Of a stretch of 64,000 bases of DNA, positions 54,332 through 64,000 are shown piece after piece (position 1 is the stretch's first letter; the number at the start of each line of letters is the position of its first letter). The stretch lies in contig JAOTVU010000001.1 of the NCBI GenBank assembly GCA_029863385.1, forward strand, positions 2,476 to 66,475. The letters are read 5' to 3'. The position numbers and the translations under genes are program-made. The stretch is from Acidimicrobiia bacterium (GTDB lineage Bacteria; Actinomycetota; Acidimicrobiia; Acidimicrobiales; SZUA-35). A model generated the notes under the pieces. The model had not been told where the DNA came from, ran no database searches, and saw only the letters and a program-made list of their open reading frames with translations.

Positions 54332-56124
54332 CTCTGCTCCTCGCCTTCCGGGGCCTCAATCCAACCTAGCAAGTCTGCTATGGCCCGTGCCTGTCGGGAT
54401 GGGTCGCGGACCTCCTCCAGCTTGAGCCGCAGCCAGGTGTGTTCGCGGAAGATGTCGGCCTGCTCGGACGTCGGGGCACCGGCCAGCGCCGCCTTCCAGT
54501 CCGACATGAGACGTTCGAGGTACGGTTCCCACAATCGGGCTGCCACTTCGATCGGCGTGGCCATAGTCTCCTCCACCGACAGCCGCTGCACCAACTCCCC
54601 CACTTCGGGCCCACCGGCGTCGATCACCTCGTGCAGCTTCTCGTGACGGCCCAGGAGATCGAACACGGTGGCGGCCAACTCGTCGGTGAACAACTCCGGC
54701 ACGACGAGATCCGCCAGCGATGAGCTGTCCTGAGCGGCGAGCTTCAATGCTTCGAGCTCCGGGCCCTCCCGCAGGATCGGCCGTGCGATCGACCCTGACG
54801 ACGGCCCGGGCCCTGTCGACGCGAACGACGCCGGCTGCCGGGCCGACGCCGAGCGATTCCCGAGCTGGGTCCGGACGAGATCGACGTCGATCCGACAGCG
54901 GGTGGCGACATCCATCACATATTGATCGCGGACCAGCGGGTCAGGGTGCTCGGCAATCATCCCCAGCGCCATGTCGGCGGCCCGGGCCCGACCCTCGGCC
55001 GATCCCAGGTCGGCGGCCTCGAAAACCCGCTCCACCCTGAATTCGAGGAACGGACGAGCCCCCGAAACCGCCTTGCGCAGCCGCTCCGGGTCCTGCTGGC
55101 CGAGTTCGCCGGGGTCGACGCCGGGGGGCAGATCAGCCACCGCCACGTCGAGATCATGAGCCCGCTCCCACTCGTAGAATCGAGCGGCGGCGTTCTGGCC
55201 GGCGGCGTCGGCGTCGAACGCCAGCACCACCCGGCGCGCGAATCGACGCAGGAGCTTGACATGGTCGTCGGTCAAGGCGGTTCCGCAGGTGGCAACGGCC
55301 CGGGCCATGCCGGCGTTGAAGAAGGCGATCACGTCGGTGTACCCCTCGCAGACCACGACCTCGTCGGCCTCCACGACCTGGGTCTTGGCCCAGTTCAGAC
55401 CGTAGAGGAGGCGGCTCTTGGCGTAGACGGTCGACTCGGATGAGTTCTTGTATTTCGGCCCTTCCGCTCCCGGCATGTTACGACCCCCAAAGCCGACAGC
55501 GTTGTCCTGGGCGTCGAATACGGGGAACATGATGCGGCTCCGGAACGCGTCCTGTTGACGCCCACGCCGGTTGACGAACCCGAGACCCGAGTCGATGAGG
55601 TCCTTGTCCGACAGGTTCAATGAACGGGCCAGGAGATCCCAATCGTCACCGGCCCACCCGATCTTGAACCGTCGCACGGTCTCGCCGTCGTAGCCCCGCT
55701 GGCGCAGATAACTGCGGGCGGCTCCGGCGTCGGACGCCGACAGGAGTCGGTCGTGATAGAAGTCGACCGCCTGAGCCACCGCATCCTGGAGACGGGACTT
55801 GCGTCGACGGTTTTCGCCCTCGTTCGAGTCGGTGTAGCGCAGGGAGATGTTGAACTTGTGGGCCAACCACTCGACAGCGCCCACGAAGTCGAGCTGCTCC
55901 TTCTCCCGGACAAAGGTGATGACGTCGCCACCCACTCCACAGCCGAAGCAGTAGTAGACCCCCTCCTCGTGGTTGACGGAGAACGACGGGGTCTTCTCGG
56001 CGTGGAATGGGCACAGCCCGGAAAAGCGGCGTCCGACCCGGCGAAGCTGCGTGTACTGGGTGACTACCGCGACGATGTCGCTGTCATCTCGAACCCGGGC
56101 CACATCCTCGTCGACAATCCCCAC
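54328..56124 (-). CDS. dnaG: DNA primase
   Basis: Zinc ribbon [35 protein letters not shown] and [11 protein letters not shown]. Confidence 0.95.
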   Translation of the reverse strand: MGIVDEDVARVRDDSDIVAVVTQYTQLRRVGRRFSGLCPFHAEKTPSFSVNHEEGVYYCFGCGVGGDVITFVREKEQLDFVGAVEWLAHKFNISLRYTDSNEGENRRRKSRLQDAVAQAVDFYHDRLLSASDAGAARSYLRQRGYDGETVRRFKIGWAGDDWDLLARSLNLSDKDLIDSGLGFVNRRGRQQDAFRSRIMFPVFDAQDNAVGFGGRNMPGAEGPKYKNSSESTVYAKSRLLYGLNWAKTQVVEADEVVVCEGYTDVIAFFNAGMARAVATCGTALTDDHVKLLRRFARRVVLAFDADAAGQNAAARFYEWERAHDLDVAVADLPPGVDPGELGQQDPERLRKAVSGARPFLEFRVERVFEAADLGSAEGRARAADMALGMIAEHPDPLVRDQYVMDVATRCRIDVDLVRTQLGNRSASARQPASFASTGPGPSSGSIARPILREGPELEALKLAAQDSSSLADLVVPELFTDELAATVFDLLGRHEKLHEVIDAGGPEVGELVQRLSVEETMATPIEVAARLWEPYLERLMSDWKAALAGAPTSEQADIFREHTWLRLKLEEVRDPSRQARAIADLLGWIEAPEGEEQS

Positions 56125-56271
56125 AGAGCACCAAAGCTACACCGTGGGACCGACGGTCACCCACCTGCCGGGGCGCGTTACGGACGGCGTGCAGCCGGCA
56201 ACGGGCGGGACGACCGGGGTCAGAGAACGGCCCGCAGGACCTTGTAGGCCTCAGTGTGCTCGACGCCGATC

Positions 56272-57588
56272 TCAGGACAGGTGATCCTGCAGCCATCCGA
56301 CGACGTCGGTGATGGGCAGGCGAACCTGCTCCATACTGTCGCGTTCGCGGATGGTGACCGCCTTGTCGTCGAGGGAGTCGAAGTCGAACGTGATGCAGTA
56401 TGGGGTGCCGATCTCGTCCTGACGGCGATAGCGCTTACCGATCGCCTGGGTCTCATCGTAGTCGACCATCCAGTGCGGCTGGAGCGAGGCCAGCAACTCA
56501 CGGGCCGGTTCGGTGAGTTCCGGCTTCTTGGACAGGGGCAGGACGGCCACCTTGTAGGGTGCGATCCGATGATGAAGCCGCAACACCGTGCGGGTCTCGT
56601 CGTTGACGATCTCCTCATCGTAGGCGGCCATCAGAAACGCCATCATTGCCCGGGTCGCCCCGGCCGCCGGTTCGACGACGTGGGGAACGTACCGTCGGTT
56701 CTCGGCCTGATCGAAGTACTCGAGCTTCTGACCGGAGTGTTCGGCGTGCTGGTCGAGGTCGTAGGAGCCCCGGTTGGCGATTCCTTCCAGCTCGTCCCAT
56801 CCCCAGGGGAACAGGAACTCGACGTCGCTCGTGCCCGAGGAGTAGTGACTGAGCTCGTCGGCGTCGTGTGGCCGCAGGCGCACCTTCTCGGCCGGGATGC
56901 CGTGATCGATGTACCACTGCATCCGTTCGGCGCACCAGTATTCGTACCACTGGTCGGACTCCTCCGGTGGCACGAAGAACTCCATCTCCATCTGTTCGAA
57001 TTCCCGGGTCCGGAACACGAAGTTGCCGGGGGTGATCTCGTTGCGGAAACTCTTGCCTATCTGGGCGATACCGAACGGCGGCCGCTTGCGTGATGTGTTC
57101 AAGACGTTGGCGAAGTTGATGAACATGCCCTGGGCCGTCTCGGGCCGCAGGTAGGTGACCGCGCCCTCGTTCTCGACCGGCCCGGAGTGGGTCTTGAACA
57201 TGAGGTTGAAGTGACGGGGCTCGGTCAGCCGGCCCGACTCGCCACAGGTGGGGCAGGTGTTCGGGTCCTCCATCTTGTCCTGGCGGTGACGGGCCCCGCA
57301 GTTGCGACAGTCGACGAGCGGATCGGTGAAGTTGGCCAGATGTCCGGAAGCCTCCCAGACCGCAGGCGGTGACAGGATCGACGCGTCGATTCCGACGACA
57401 TCGACTCGGAGCTGCACCATCGATCGCCACCACGCGTCCTTCACATTCCGCAGCATCAGGACGCCGACAGGACCATAATCATACGTTGACCGGAAGCCGC
57501 CGTAGATCTCGACCGAAGGGAAGACGACACCCCGCCGTTTGCAGAGGTTGACAATCTTGTCGAACAGGTCCGGATCGGGAGTTTCCAT
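56272..57588 (-). CDS. glyQS: glycine--tRNA ligase (homodimeric class II)
   Basis: 438 aa. Motif 2 FRNEITPGNFVFRTREFEQMEMEFF and an anticodon-binding C-terminal domain. Confidence 0.95.
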   Translation of the reverse strand: METPDPDLFDKIVNLCKRRGVVFPSVEIYGGFRSTYDYGPVGVLMLRNVKDAWWRSMVQLRVDVVGIDASILSPPAVWEASGHLANFTDPLVDCRNCGARHRQDKMEDPNTCPTCGESGRLTEPRHFNLMFKTHSGPVENEGAVTYLRPETAQGMFINFANVLNTSRKRPPFGIAQIGKSFRNEITPGNFVFRTREFEQMEMEFFVPPEESDQWYEYWCAERMQWYIDHGIPAEKVRLRPHDADELSHYSSGTSDVEFLFPWGWDELEGIANRGSYDLDQHAEHSGQKLEYFDQAENRRYVPHVVEPAAGATRAMMAFLMAAYDEEIVNDETRTVLRLHHRIAPYKVAVLPLSKKPELTEPARELLASLQPHWMVDYDETQAIGKRYRRQDEIGTPYCITFDFDSLDDKAVTIRERDSMEQVRLPITDVVGWLQDHLS

Positions 57589-57666
57589 ACCAGCAGCGTA
57601 ACGTTTTCATCGTCCTGTCGATTCCAAATTCCTTGCGGCGGCCAAAATCCTGCCGACAGGTCCACA

Positions 57667-59226
57667 GTGGATGACCACACGACTTCGGGAGCCCCGACTC
57701 CCGACCGCTTGCCGCCGCTGCCGCGTCGCGTCGCCGCCGGTCTCGTCGATCTCGCGGTCGTGTCGTTGGCGACCGCGGTGGCCGCCGTTGCCACGGCGAC
57801 CAGGGTTGCCGCGTTACGACAGCCGGACGGCTCGGTCACCTTCGCCGACGCCGATCGACAGGTGATCGACGGCTTGACCGGACCGCTCAGCCGGGGTCAC
57901 CTGATCGGCGACACGCTTTGGGCCTACTCCACCGACGATGTCATCACGATCATCGCTGCTGCAGCCGCTGCCTGCATCGTCGTCGGCGCCCTCATGCCCC
58001 GGCTCCTCGACGGCCGCTCCCCGGGCAAGTTCCTGTTCCGGATGAGCGTCGCCAAGGTCGACGGCGAGCCGGCCGGCATCGTCAGGCACGTTCTTCGGAC
58101 GCTCTTCTCGCTCGTCGACCTGATGCCCCTGGTCGTACCCGGTTTGACCGGCTTCGCCTTCGCCGCCTCCAATCCGGAGCGCCGGCGCGTTGCCGACCGT
58201 CTGGCCGGCACCATGGTGGTCAACCGACGTTCGGCAGACGACATGGTCTCGGCTGCGGACGCACTCGCACCCCGGGCCCGAACCGTCGAGACGGAGCCGA
58301 CGAGAACAAAGCCGACGAAAACAAAGTCGACGAAAACAAAGCCGACGAGAACAAAGCCGGAGCGTACGAGGCCGGAGCGGACGAGGTTCGTACCGACGAT
58401 CAGGTCGGCCACGCTCGTCGACCACGCATCGACCCGAACCGACACATCTCTAAATACACGACCCAAACCGCCCGATCTAGATGGTGACAAAGCCCCGAGG
58501 CCACTTCGAGCCCATGTTCGAGCCGGCACGACTCCAGCCGGCCGCAACCAGGGTGTTCCGGAGCCGCAACCCCATGGAGACCCGGTTGACATGAATGAGA
58601 GACACAGCTCCTCCGAGAAGCCGCCCCCGGAGTCGACGGCCACGCCGGTCCCCGTCGAGGAACGGTCGAACAATCCGTATCCGAAGCCTGTTCGCCGATC
58701 CCGCCACGTGACCGAGGACTCGACACTCCCCAACTTCGATTCGCTGACACTCCCCGAATCGTCGCTGTCGGACATGCCGTTGACCAACAACGCCCTGTTC
58801 GAGGCACTCGGCCTGACGCCACCCGGCGCAGCACAGCCTGACCCGCAGGCCGATTCGAAGGCCGACGAGGTTTCCGCCCACGAGGCCCCCCGGGACGCCG
58901 ACGACCTTCGTGCCGACCCGCCGGTCATCGAGGAACGGCCACGAGGTGCTGCGCTGGCCCGAAGGACGAGGCGGTCCACCATCGGCGAGGCTCCCGGTGA
59001 GCTCACCGAGAAGGTTGTCGGCCCCGCAACCGCTCGCCAGGCAACCACGCGCCCAACGACCGCACCCGCTGTGACCGCCCGGCTGGGCTCGAGCCCTGCG
59101 CCCGACAAAAGGGCGCCGATCTGGAGCGAGGACTGGGATTCCTGGATCTACTGGGATACCACACTGAAGAACTGGTTCCGCCACGACATGCAACGCGGTA
59201 CCTGGGTGCCGATGGAGGACACCTGA
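57667..59226 (+). CDS. RDD-family membrane protein with long disordered, repeat-containing C-terminal tail
   Basis: N-terminal RDD-like region (RRVAAGLVDLAVV.., GRSPGKFLFRMSV) with 3 TM segments. About 330 aa of P/T/K/R/E-rich low complexity, including six P-[TE]-[RK]-T-[KR] units. Confidence 0.75.
   Translation: MDDHTTSGAPTPDRLPPLPRRVAAGLVDLAVVSLATAVAAVATATRVAALRQPDGSVTFADADRQVIDGLTGPLSRGHLIGDTLWAYSTDDVITIIAAAAAACIVVGALMPRLLDGRSPGKFLFRMSVAKVDGEPAGIVRHVLRTLFSLVDLMPLVVPGLTGFAFAASNPERRRVADRLAGTMVVNRRSADDMVSAADALAPRARTVETEPTRTKPTKTKSTKTKPTRTKPERTRPERTRFVPTIRSATLVDHASTRTDTSLNTRPKPPDLDGDKAPRPLRAHVRAGTTPAGRNQGVPEPQPHGDPVDMNERHSSSEKPPPESTATPVPVEERSNNPYPKPVRRSRHVTEDSTLPNFDSLTLPESSLSDMPLTNNALFEALGLTPPGAAQPDPQADSKADEVSAHEAPRDADDLRADPPVIEERPRGAALARRTRRSTIGEAPGELTEKVVGPATARQATTRPTTAPAVTARLGSSPAPDKRAPIWSEDWDSWIYWDTTLKNWFRHDMQRGTWVPMEDT
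58296..58385. repeat. 15-bp coding tandem repeat, six units
   Basis: GCCGACGAGAACAAA / GCCGACGAAAACAAA / GTCGACGAAAACAAA / GCCGACGAGAACAAA / GCCGGAGCGTACGAG / GCCGGAGCGGACGAG. In frame, encoding PTRTK PTKTK STKTK PTRTK PERTR PERTR. Confidence 0.85.
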
Positions 59227-59270
59227 CCGACGTCGTCAGCACAACACACGGCCCGGCCATGCCGATCCGA

Positions 59271-59999
59271 TCAGTTGTGCATCTGCTGGTACAGCACGGC
59301 CGAACTCTTGAGCCGGCGTTCGATGTGCTGTTCGATCAGACGCGACACCAGCGTCTCGAGTTCCAGGGCCACCTCCGGTGAGGTTGCGTCGAGGACGTGG
59401 CGCACCTGTCCGTCGAGGACCAGTGCGAACGCCCTCCGCACGTCGGCCGACAAGGGCTCCCCGGTCGGCGGACAACGCACGCACACCGCGCCGCCCTCGC
59501 CCAGTTGGATGCCCTCGAGCTGGTCGCCCGCACCGCAGCGAACACAAGCGTCGAGGCGGGGTTGGACCCCCTCGAGGGCCAGGAACTTGGCGGCGAACGC
59601 GGCGACGACCAACGGGTTTCCGCTCCGCTCCAACTCGTTGAGCGCACCGGCCAGCAACTTGTAGAGCGCAGGATCCGCCTCCGCTTCGACAACGGTTGCA
59701 TCGACCATCTCCAGGACCACCGACGTTCGGCCGTAGAGTTCGAGATCGGATCGCAGCCTCGTGAACGCGACGACCCGCTCGGCCTGGGTGATGATGTCGA
59801 GATTACGGCCCTCGTAGAGCTGAAGTTGCACGATCGTTCCCGGTTCGAGACGCGACCCGAACTTGCTCTTTGTGCGTCGAACCCCCTTGGCCACCGCCCG
59901 TATCTTGCCCCGACCACGGGTGAACAGCACCACGATTCGATCGGCCTCACCCAGCTTGTAGGTGCGGAGCACGACCCCCTCGTCGCGATACAGGGCCAC
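59271..59999 (-). CDS. recO: DNA repair protein RecO
   Basis: 242 aa. OB-fold N-terminus LYRDEGVVLRTYKLGEADRIV and C4 zinc motif CVRCG...CVRCP. Confidence 0.9.
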   Translation of the reverse strand: MALYRDEGVVLRTYKLGEADRIVVLFTRGRGKIRAVAKGVRRTKSKFGSRLEPGTIVQLQLYEGRNLDIITQAERVVAFTRLRSDLELYGRTSVVLEMVDATVVEAEADPALYKLLAGALNELERSGNPLVVAAFAAKFLALEGVQPRLDACVRCGAGDQLEGIQLGEGGAVCVRCPPTGEPLSADVRRAFALVLDGQVRHVLDATSPEVALELETLVSRLIEQHIERRLKSSAVLYQQMHN

Positions 60000-60005
60000 G
60001 GATCG

Positions 60006-60728
60006 CTAACCCGTTCCGAGCCCGCCGAAACGCCGATCGCGCCGTTGATACTCCGCCACGGCATCGGCAAGATGTCGCCGCCGGAAGTCGGGCCACAGGG
60101 TTTCGGTGAACACAAGCTCGGCATAGACCGACTGCCAAACCAGGAAATTGGAGGTGCGGAACTCGCCGGAGGTCCGGATCCAGAGATCGACATCGGGCAT
60201 CTCGGGATCGTAGAGATGTTTGTCGAGCGTCGACTCGTCGATCGAGTCGGCCGTGACACCGGAGGTGATCATCGCCTTGATCCCGTCGATGATCTCGGCC
60301 CGGCCGCCGTAGTTGAAGGCGATCGTGAGGGTGAGACGCCGATTCTCGGCGGTCAGCGCCACCGATTCGTCCATACGGCGGATCAGCCGTTTGGGAACCT
60401 TCCAGTCGCGTCGACCAATGAACCGGATGCGCACGCCCTTCTCGTTGAGTTCGTCGCGTCGTCGCACCAGCAGGTTCTCGTTGAACCGCATCAGGAAACG
60501 AACCTCGTCGGCCGGGCGACGCCAATTCTCGGTTGAGAACGCGTAGACGGTCAACCACTCGATTCCGAGTTCGAGGGCGCCCTCCACGGCGTCGAGCAAT
60601 GCTTCCTCGCCGGCGCTGTGCCCATCGGTTCTCCGCAGGCCTCGACGTTGAGCCCAGCGACCGTTTCCGTCCATGACGCAGGCCACGTGCCGGGGGATCC
60701 GGGCGGGATCGATGCCCTCATTGCTCAT
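60006..60728 (-). CDS. uppS: isoprenyl transferase (undecaprenyl/decaprenyl diphosphate synthase family)
   Basis: HVACVMDGNGRWA, YAFSTENW, RTSGEFRTSNFLVWQSVYAELVF. Confidence 0.95.
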   Translation of the reverse strand: MSNEGIDPARIPRHVACVMDGNGRWAQRRGLRRTDGHSAGEEALLDAVEGALELGIEWLTVYAFSTENWRRPADEVRFLMRFNENLLVRRRDELNEKGVRIRFIGRRDWKVPKRLIRRMDESVALTAENRRLTLTIAFNYGGRAEIIDGIKAMITSGVTADSIDESTLDKHLYDPEMPDVDLWIRTSGEFRTSNFLVWQSVYAELVFTETLWPDFRRRHLADAVAEYQRRDRRFGGLGTG

Positions 60729-60820
60729 CGTTTGAACCGTATCCGCTTTCTCGAGTCAAGGCTCCGACCGAAGCTCGACGGTCGTCGCTCCGGAGAATGA
60801 GGCGTTCCGCTGGCGGCCCG

Positions 60821-62128
60821 CTACGGGCCTCCGGTCGTGCTGCTGCTGCCGCTCGCCGTGGTCGTGGTCGTGTCGCCTTCGGTGGTGGTGGTGGTGCTTG
60901 GAGCCGTGGTGACGGAGGTCGTGACCGTGGTGGTCGTGCTCGTCGTCGAGCTGCTCGACCCGGTGGTCGATGACGACGTGGCCGTGGTGGCGGTGCTCGA
61001 CGAGGAGACCGTGGTGGTTGTCGACGAGGACGCCGGTGCGGAGGTGGGTACCGCCGTCGTGGATCGAACAGTCGGTCGAGCGGTGGTGATGACACGACGG
61101 GCGGACGTGGTTGCCGTCGACGACGTGGTGGATTCGGACGATGTGGTCGAATCGGCGGGCTGCAGCCCGCCCGATCCCGCACCGGTGGATGAGGAGGTGT
61201 CGGCTTCCGACGTTTCGGTGGCTCCACCAACGGCCGGAGCGGCCGGGACACGATCATCGGCCACGACGTCGGTGCGATCGGTGACCAGTGGATTCGGAAC
61301 AAAATCTCCGACGGCCAGCAAGGCGAGGACGACCAAGCCGAGGACGCTGGCGACTGAAGCCCAGAACCACCGCCGCTCGGTGATCTCGATCAGCGCCGTG
61401 GGCACCGTCCCTCGTCGCCGTTGTTGGCCGGGCACGCGAACACTCCGGCTCGGGGAGACGGGAGCCGGCACGGCGTGGGGAACCAACGCCGCCGGATACG
61501 GCCGAGCGGGCCCGCTCGGCGACCAACCGCCGACCGAAGACTGCCCGGCCTCGGTACTGAACCGGAGGTTCCCACCGACTTCGAAGGACCGGAACGGGTC
61601 GGCGTCGACGTCGGAGTCGCGACGAACGGGCGCGGGCCCCTTTGGTCGGCGATGAGCGGGTCGACGTTCGGTCGACCGGGGTCGAACCCCTCCGGGGTCG
61701 GCCGGGTGAGATCGATCAGGACGGTCAGGTCGCGGTCCGAATGGACGTTGTTCGACCACGCCGGCGGCCCAACTCGAGATCGTGGTCGGTGGCAATGGAT
61801 CGGCGGGAGCGTCACCGAGCGGCAACTCGGCCGTGGTGACGTAGAGATCCTCGAGCCCGCCGACATCGGCGATACCGGGCAGGTCACCGTCGGCGCCGGG
61901 ACGGCCGATCCCGCTCCCCCCACCGGCGGCGCTCCCCCGGTCGCCCTCCGGATCGTCGAGCCTCGGCTCCTCACCCGTCGTTTTGTCCGATTGCCGGGCC
62001 AGGTCAGAAACCGGTGACATCGACAGCAGATGAGCCAATGGACCGTCCGGGTCCGAGGACGGGCCGGACGCGTCTAAGGTGAAGAGTTCGTTGACGTCCC
62101 TTTTCGGAGGGGGTTGTTCGTCAGCCAT
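60821..62128 (-). CDS. single-pass membrane protein with disordered N-terminus and extracellular S/T-rich tail (hypothetical)
   Basis: ATG 62128 follows GAGGAA. One TM (WFWASVASVLGLVVLALLAVG). C-terminal ~130 aa is almost pure T/S/A (TTSSSTATTSARR..STTTTTE..). Confidence 0.65.
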   Translation of the reverse strand: MADEQPPPKRDVNELFTLDASGPSSDPDGPLAHLLSMSPVSDLARQSDKTTGEEPRLDDPEGDRGSAAGGGSGIGRPGADGDLPGIADVGGLEDLYVTTAELPLGDAPADPLPPTTISSWAAGVVEQRPFGPRPDRPDRSHPADPGGVRPRSTERRPAHRRPKGPAPVRRDSDVDADPFRSFEVGGNLRFSTEAGQSSVGGWSPSGPARPYPAALVPHAVPAPVSPSRSVRVPGQQRRRGTVPTALIEITERRWFWASVASVLGLVVLALLAVGDFVPNPLVTDRTDVVADDRVPAAPAVGGATETSEADTSSSTGAGSGGLQPADSTTSSESTTSSTATTSARRVITTARPTVRSTTAVPTSAPASSSTTTTVSSSSTATTATSSSTTGSSSSTTSTTTTVTTSVTTAPSTTTTTEGDTTTTTASGSSSTTGGP

Positions 62129-62223
62129 TGTGTTCCTCGCCACACTGGAACCCGGCCTTTGGCGGTTCCGGCTCGACTCCAACCACTCATTCTACTTGAA
62201 AGGTCCTGTTTCAGGGTTCGCGT

Positions 62224-64000
62224 ATGAGCAGGATGAAGCAACTGCTGGCGGAGGTGACCCGAGCGCTGCCCGGCGGCGGCGAAGAACGGCCCGGCCAGGT
62301 TGAGATGGCCGAGGCCATCCATGCAGCCATCGAGGGGACCGGACCAACCACATCACCGGAAGACGACGGCGGCAACCAGGGCGACGCCGACGATGACGGC
62401 GCCGGCCGTATCGTGATCGTCGAGGCCGGCACCGGGACGGGCAAGTCTCTCGCCTATCTCACTCCGATCGTGGAAAGCGGACAGCGCGCCGTCATCGCCA
62501 CCGCCACCATCGCACTGCAGGGCCAGTTGGTCGACAAGGACATTCCCGCCGTCGCCGAGGGGCTCGATCGACCGGTGACCGCGGCCGTTCTCAAGGGCCG
62601 GGGTAACTATCTGTGCGTGCAACAGCTCAAGGATCTTCAGGAGGCCGACCGCACCCAACAGCTCGAGCTTCTTGGCGGGCGGGATCCGGATCACCGCCTC
62701 ACCAGACTGCTCGAGTGGGCGGCGACCACCGAGACCGGTGATCGGGAGGAGCTCGACGATGCCCCTCCCTACGACGTCTGGCGAGCGGTCAGCGTGACCG
62801 GCGACGAATGCCCGGGCGCCGGCCGCTGCCCGTCAGGCGACATGTGCTACTCCGAGGCGGCCCGTCAGCAGGCGTTCGCCGCCGACATCATCGTCACCAA
62901 CCAGCACTACTACGGCCTCAACCTGTCGAGCGGCGGTGCGCTGCTCGGCGACCACGAGATCGTCGTGTTCGATGAAGCCCACCAGTTCCCCGACATCCTC
63001 GGCGCCACCTGCGGCACCGAACTCAGCGGCGGGCGGCTCCGAGGCATGGCCCGCAGGGTGCGGTCGATACTCACCGACGAGGCCCTGGCCGACGGGCTCA
63101 ATCGATCGGCCGACGAGTACGACAGTGCCCTCACACCGATGCTCGGCCGCTCCGTCGAGATCGATCTCGACCTCACGAGCATCATCGTGCTGGCCCGCGA
63201 CCGAACCGAACGAGTCTTGGCCGAACTTCGCAAACTCGACGCCACCGAGGGCAGCAACGTGGCGGCTCGAATCGAGCGGATCACGCTCGTCGCGACCCGT
63301 CTCGTCAACGACATCGACTTCGTGCTCGAGTCGGGTCCCTCCGACGTCGTGTGGGTCGACGGAACCGTCAACAATCCGGTGTTGCGCCTCACGCCGCTCG
63401 ACCTCGGTCCGCTCCTCGAGGATCATCTGTGGCCCGATCGCACCGTGGTGATGACCAGCGCCACGCTGTCCGACGGTTTCGGGACCCGTCTGGGGCTCAC
63501 ATCCGATCACGAGGTTCGTCGGGTCGGCTCGCCCTTCGACTATCCGGAACTCGGGCTCCTGTACTGTCCCACCGACCTGCCACCGCCGAAACGGCCCGAA
63601 TTCCGATCCGCCGTTCAGGACGAGCTGATCGGGCTCATCAAGGCGGCCGGCGGCCGGGCTCTGGCCCTCTTCACGAGCTATTCGGCCATGACCGAGGCCG
63701 CCGAACGCCTTCGGGACGAACTCGACGTGCCGGTGCTGGTTCAGGGGGAGGGCTCCAAGTCGGCCCTGATCCAGCGCTTCCAGGACGACCCGAGCGCAGT
63801 GCTGGCGGCCACGATGTCGTTCTGGCAGGGTGTCGACCTCCCAGGATCGACGCTCACCCTGGTCGCCATCGATCGGATCCCGTTTCCCCGACCCGACGAC
63901 CCGGTGCTCGAAGCACAGCGAAGCCGTGTCGGCGCTCGGGCGTTCCGGGAGGTCGATCTACCCCGGGCCCAGATCCTCCTCGCTCAGGCCGCAGGGCGGC
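62224..64000 (+). CDS. dinG: DinG/Rad3-family ATP-dependent DNA helicase (3' end beyond window)
   Basis: Not on the track because the frame stays open to the window edge. Manual translation: MSRMKQLLAEV..., Walker A EAGTGTGKSLAYL, four Fe-S Cys (NYLC, DECPGAGRCPSGDMC), DEAH box VVFDEAHQF, C-terminal ATMSFWQGVDLPG..IDRIPFPRPDDP. Confidence 0.85.
   Translation, partial: MSRMKQLLAEVTRALPGGGEERPGQVEMAEAIHAAIEGTGPTTSPEDDGGNQGDADDDGAGRIVIVEAGTGTGKSLAYLTPIVESGQRAVIATATIALQGQLVDKDIPAVAEGLDRPVTAAVLKGRGNYLCVQQLKDLQEADRTQQLELLGGRDPDHRLTRLLEWAATTETGDREELDDAPPYDVWRAVSVTGDECPGAGRCPSGDMCYSEAARQQAFAADIIVTNQHYYGLNLSSGGALLGDHEIVVFDEAHQFPDILGATCGTELSGGRLRGMARRVRSILTDEALADGLNRSADEYDSALTPMLGRSVEIDLDLTSIIVLARDRTERVLAELRKLDATEGSNVAARIERITLVATRLVNDIDFVLESGPSDVVWVDGTVNNPVLRLTPLDLGPLLEDHLWPDRTVVMTSATLSDGFGTRLGLTSDHEVRRVGSPFDYPELGLLYCPTDLPPPKRPEFRSAVQDELIGLIKAAGGRALALFTSYSAMTEAAERLRDELDVPVLVQGEGSKSALIQRFQDDPSAVLAATMSFWQGVDLPGSTLTLVAIDRIPFPRPDDPVLEAQRSRVGARAFREVDLPRAQILLAQAAGR

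Noticed and set aside
53147-54646. 499-aa plus-strand ORF
   Set aside because: It is antisense to rpoD and dnaG, both unambiguous.

Overview
High-GC, Actinomycetota-like chromosomal segment with dense coding on both strands. No similarity search was run. All calls come from reading motifs in the supplied translations and in the DNA. Core housekeeping genes: valS, dnaG-rpoD, glyQS, recO, uppS, a 5'-partial dinG-like helicase, tRNA-Met(CAU) and tRNA-Asn(GUU). Accessory content: two cytochrome P450s, a heterodimeric ABC exporter, several secreted beta-propeller, protease and hydrolase proteins, a GntR-controlled NitT/TauT-type ABC uptake plus FAH/amidohydrolase catabolic module, and one intact IS5/IS1182-type insertion sequence with CTAG flanks. 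Two items stand out. (1) A Bcp/PrxQ peroxiredoxin gene (1504..1959, minus) has an in-frame TGA exactly at the peroxidatic-cysteine position, so it is either a candidate selenoprotein or a fresh pseudogene. (2) A complete, translationally coupled nine-gene A/V-type rotary ATPase operon (44324..52749, minus) has an unusual D-first gene order, lies between rpoD and tRNA-Asn, and is preceded by a small unannotated ORF. Other leads are a secreted protein with an aerolysin/ETX-like amphipathic hairpin signature, pentapeptide-repeat tails encoded by 15-bp tandem repeats, and a palindromic GntR-type operator candidate. Many long track ORFs are antisense shadow ORFs or N-terminal over-extensions typical of high-GC DNA. 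Those were trimmed or rejected.
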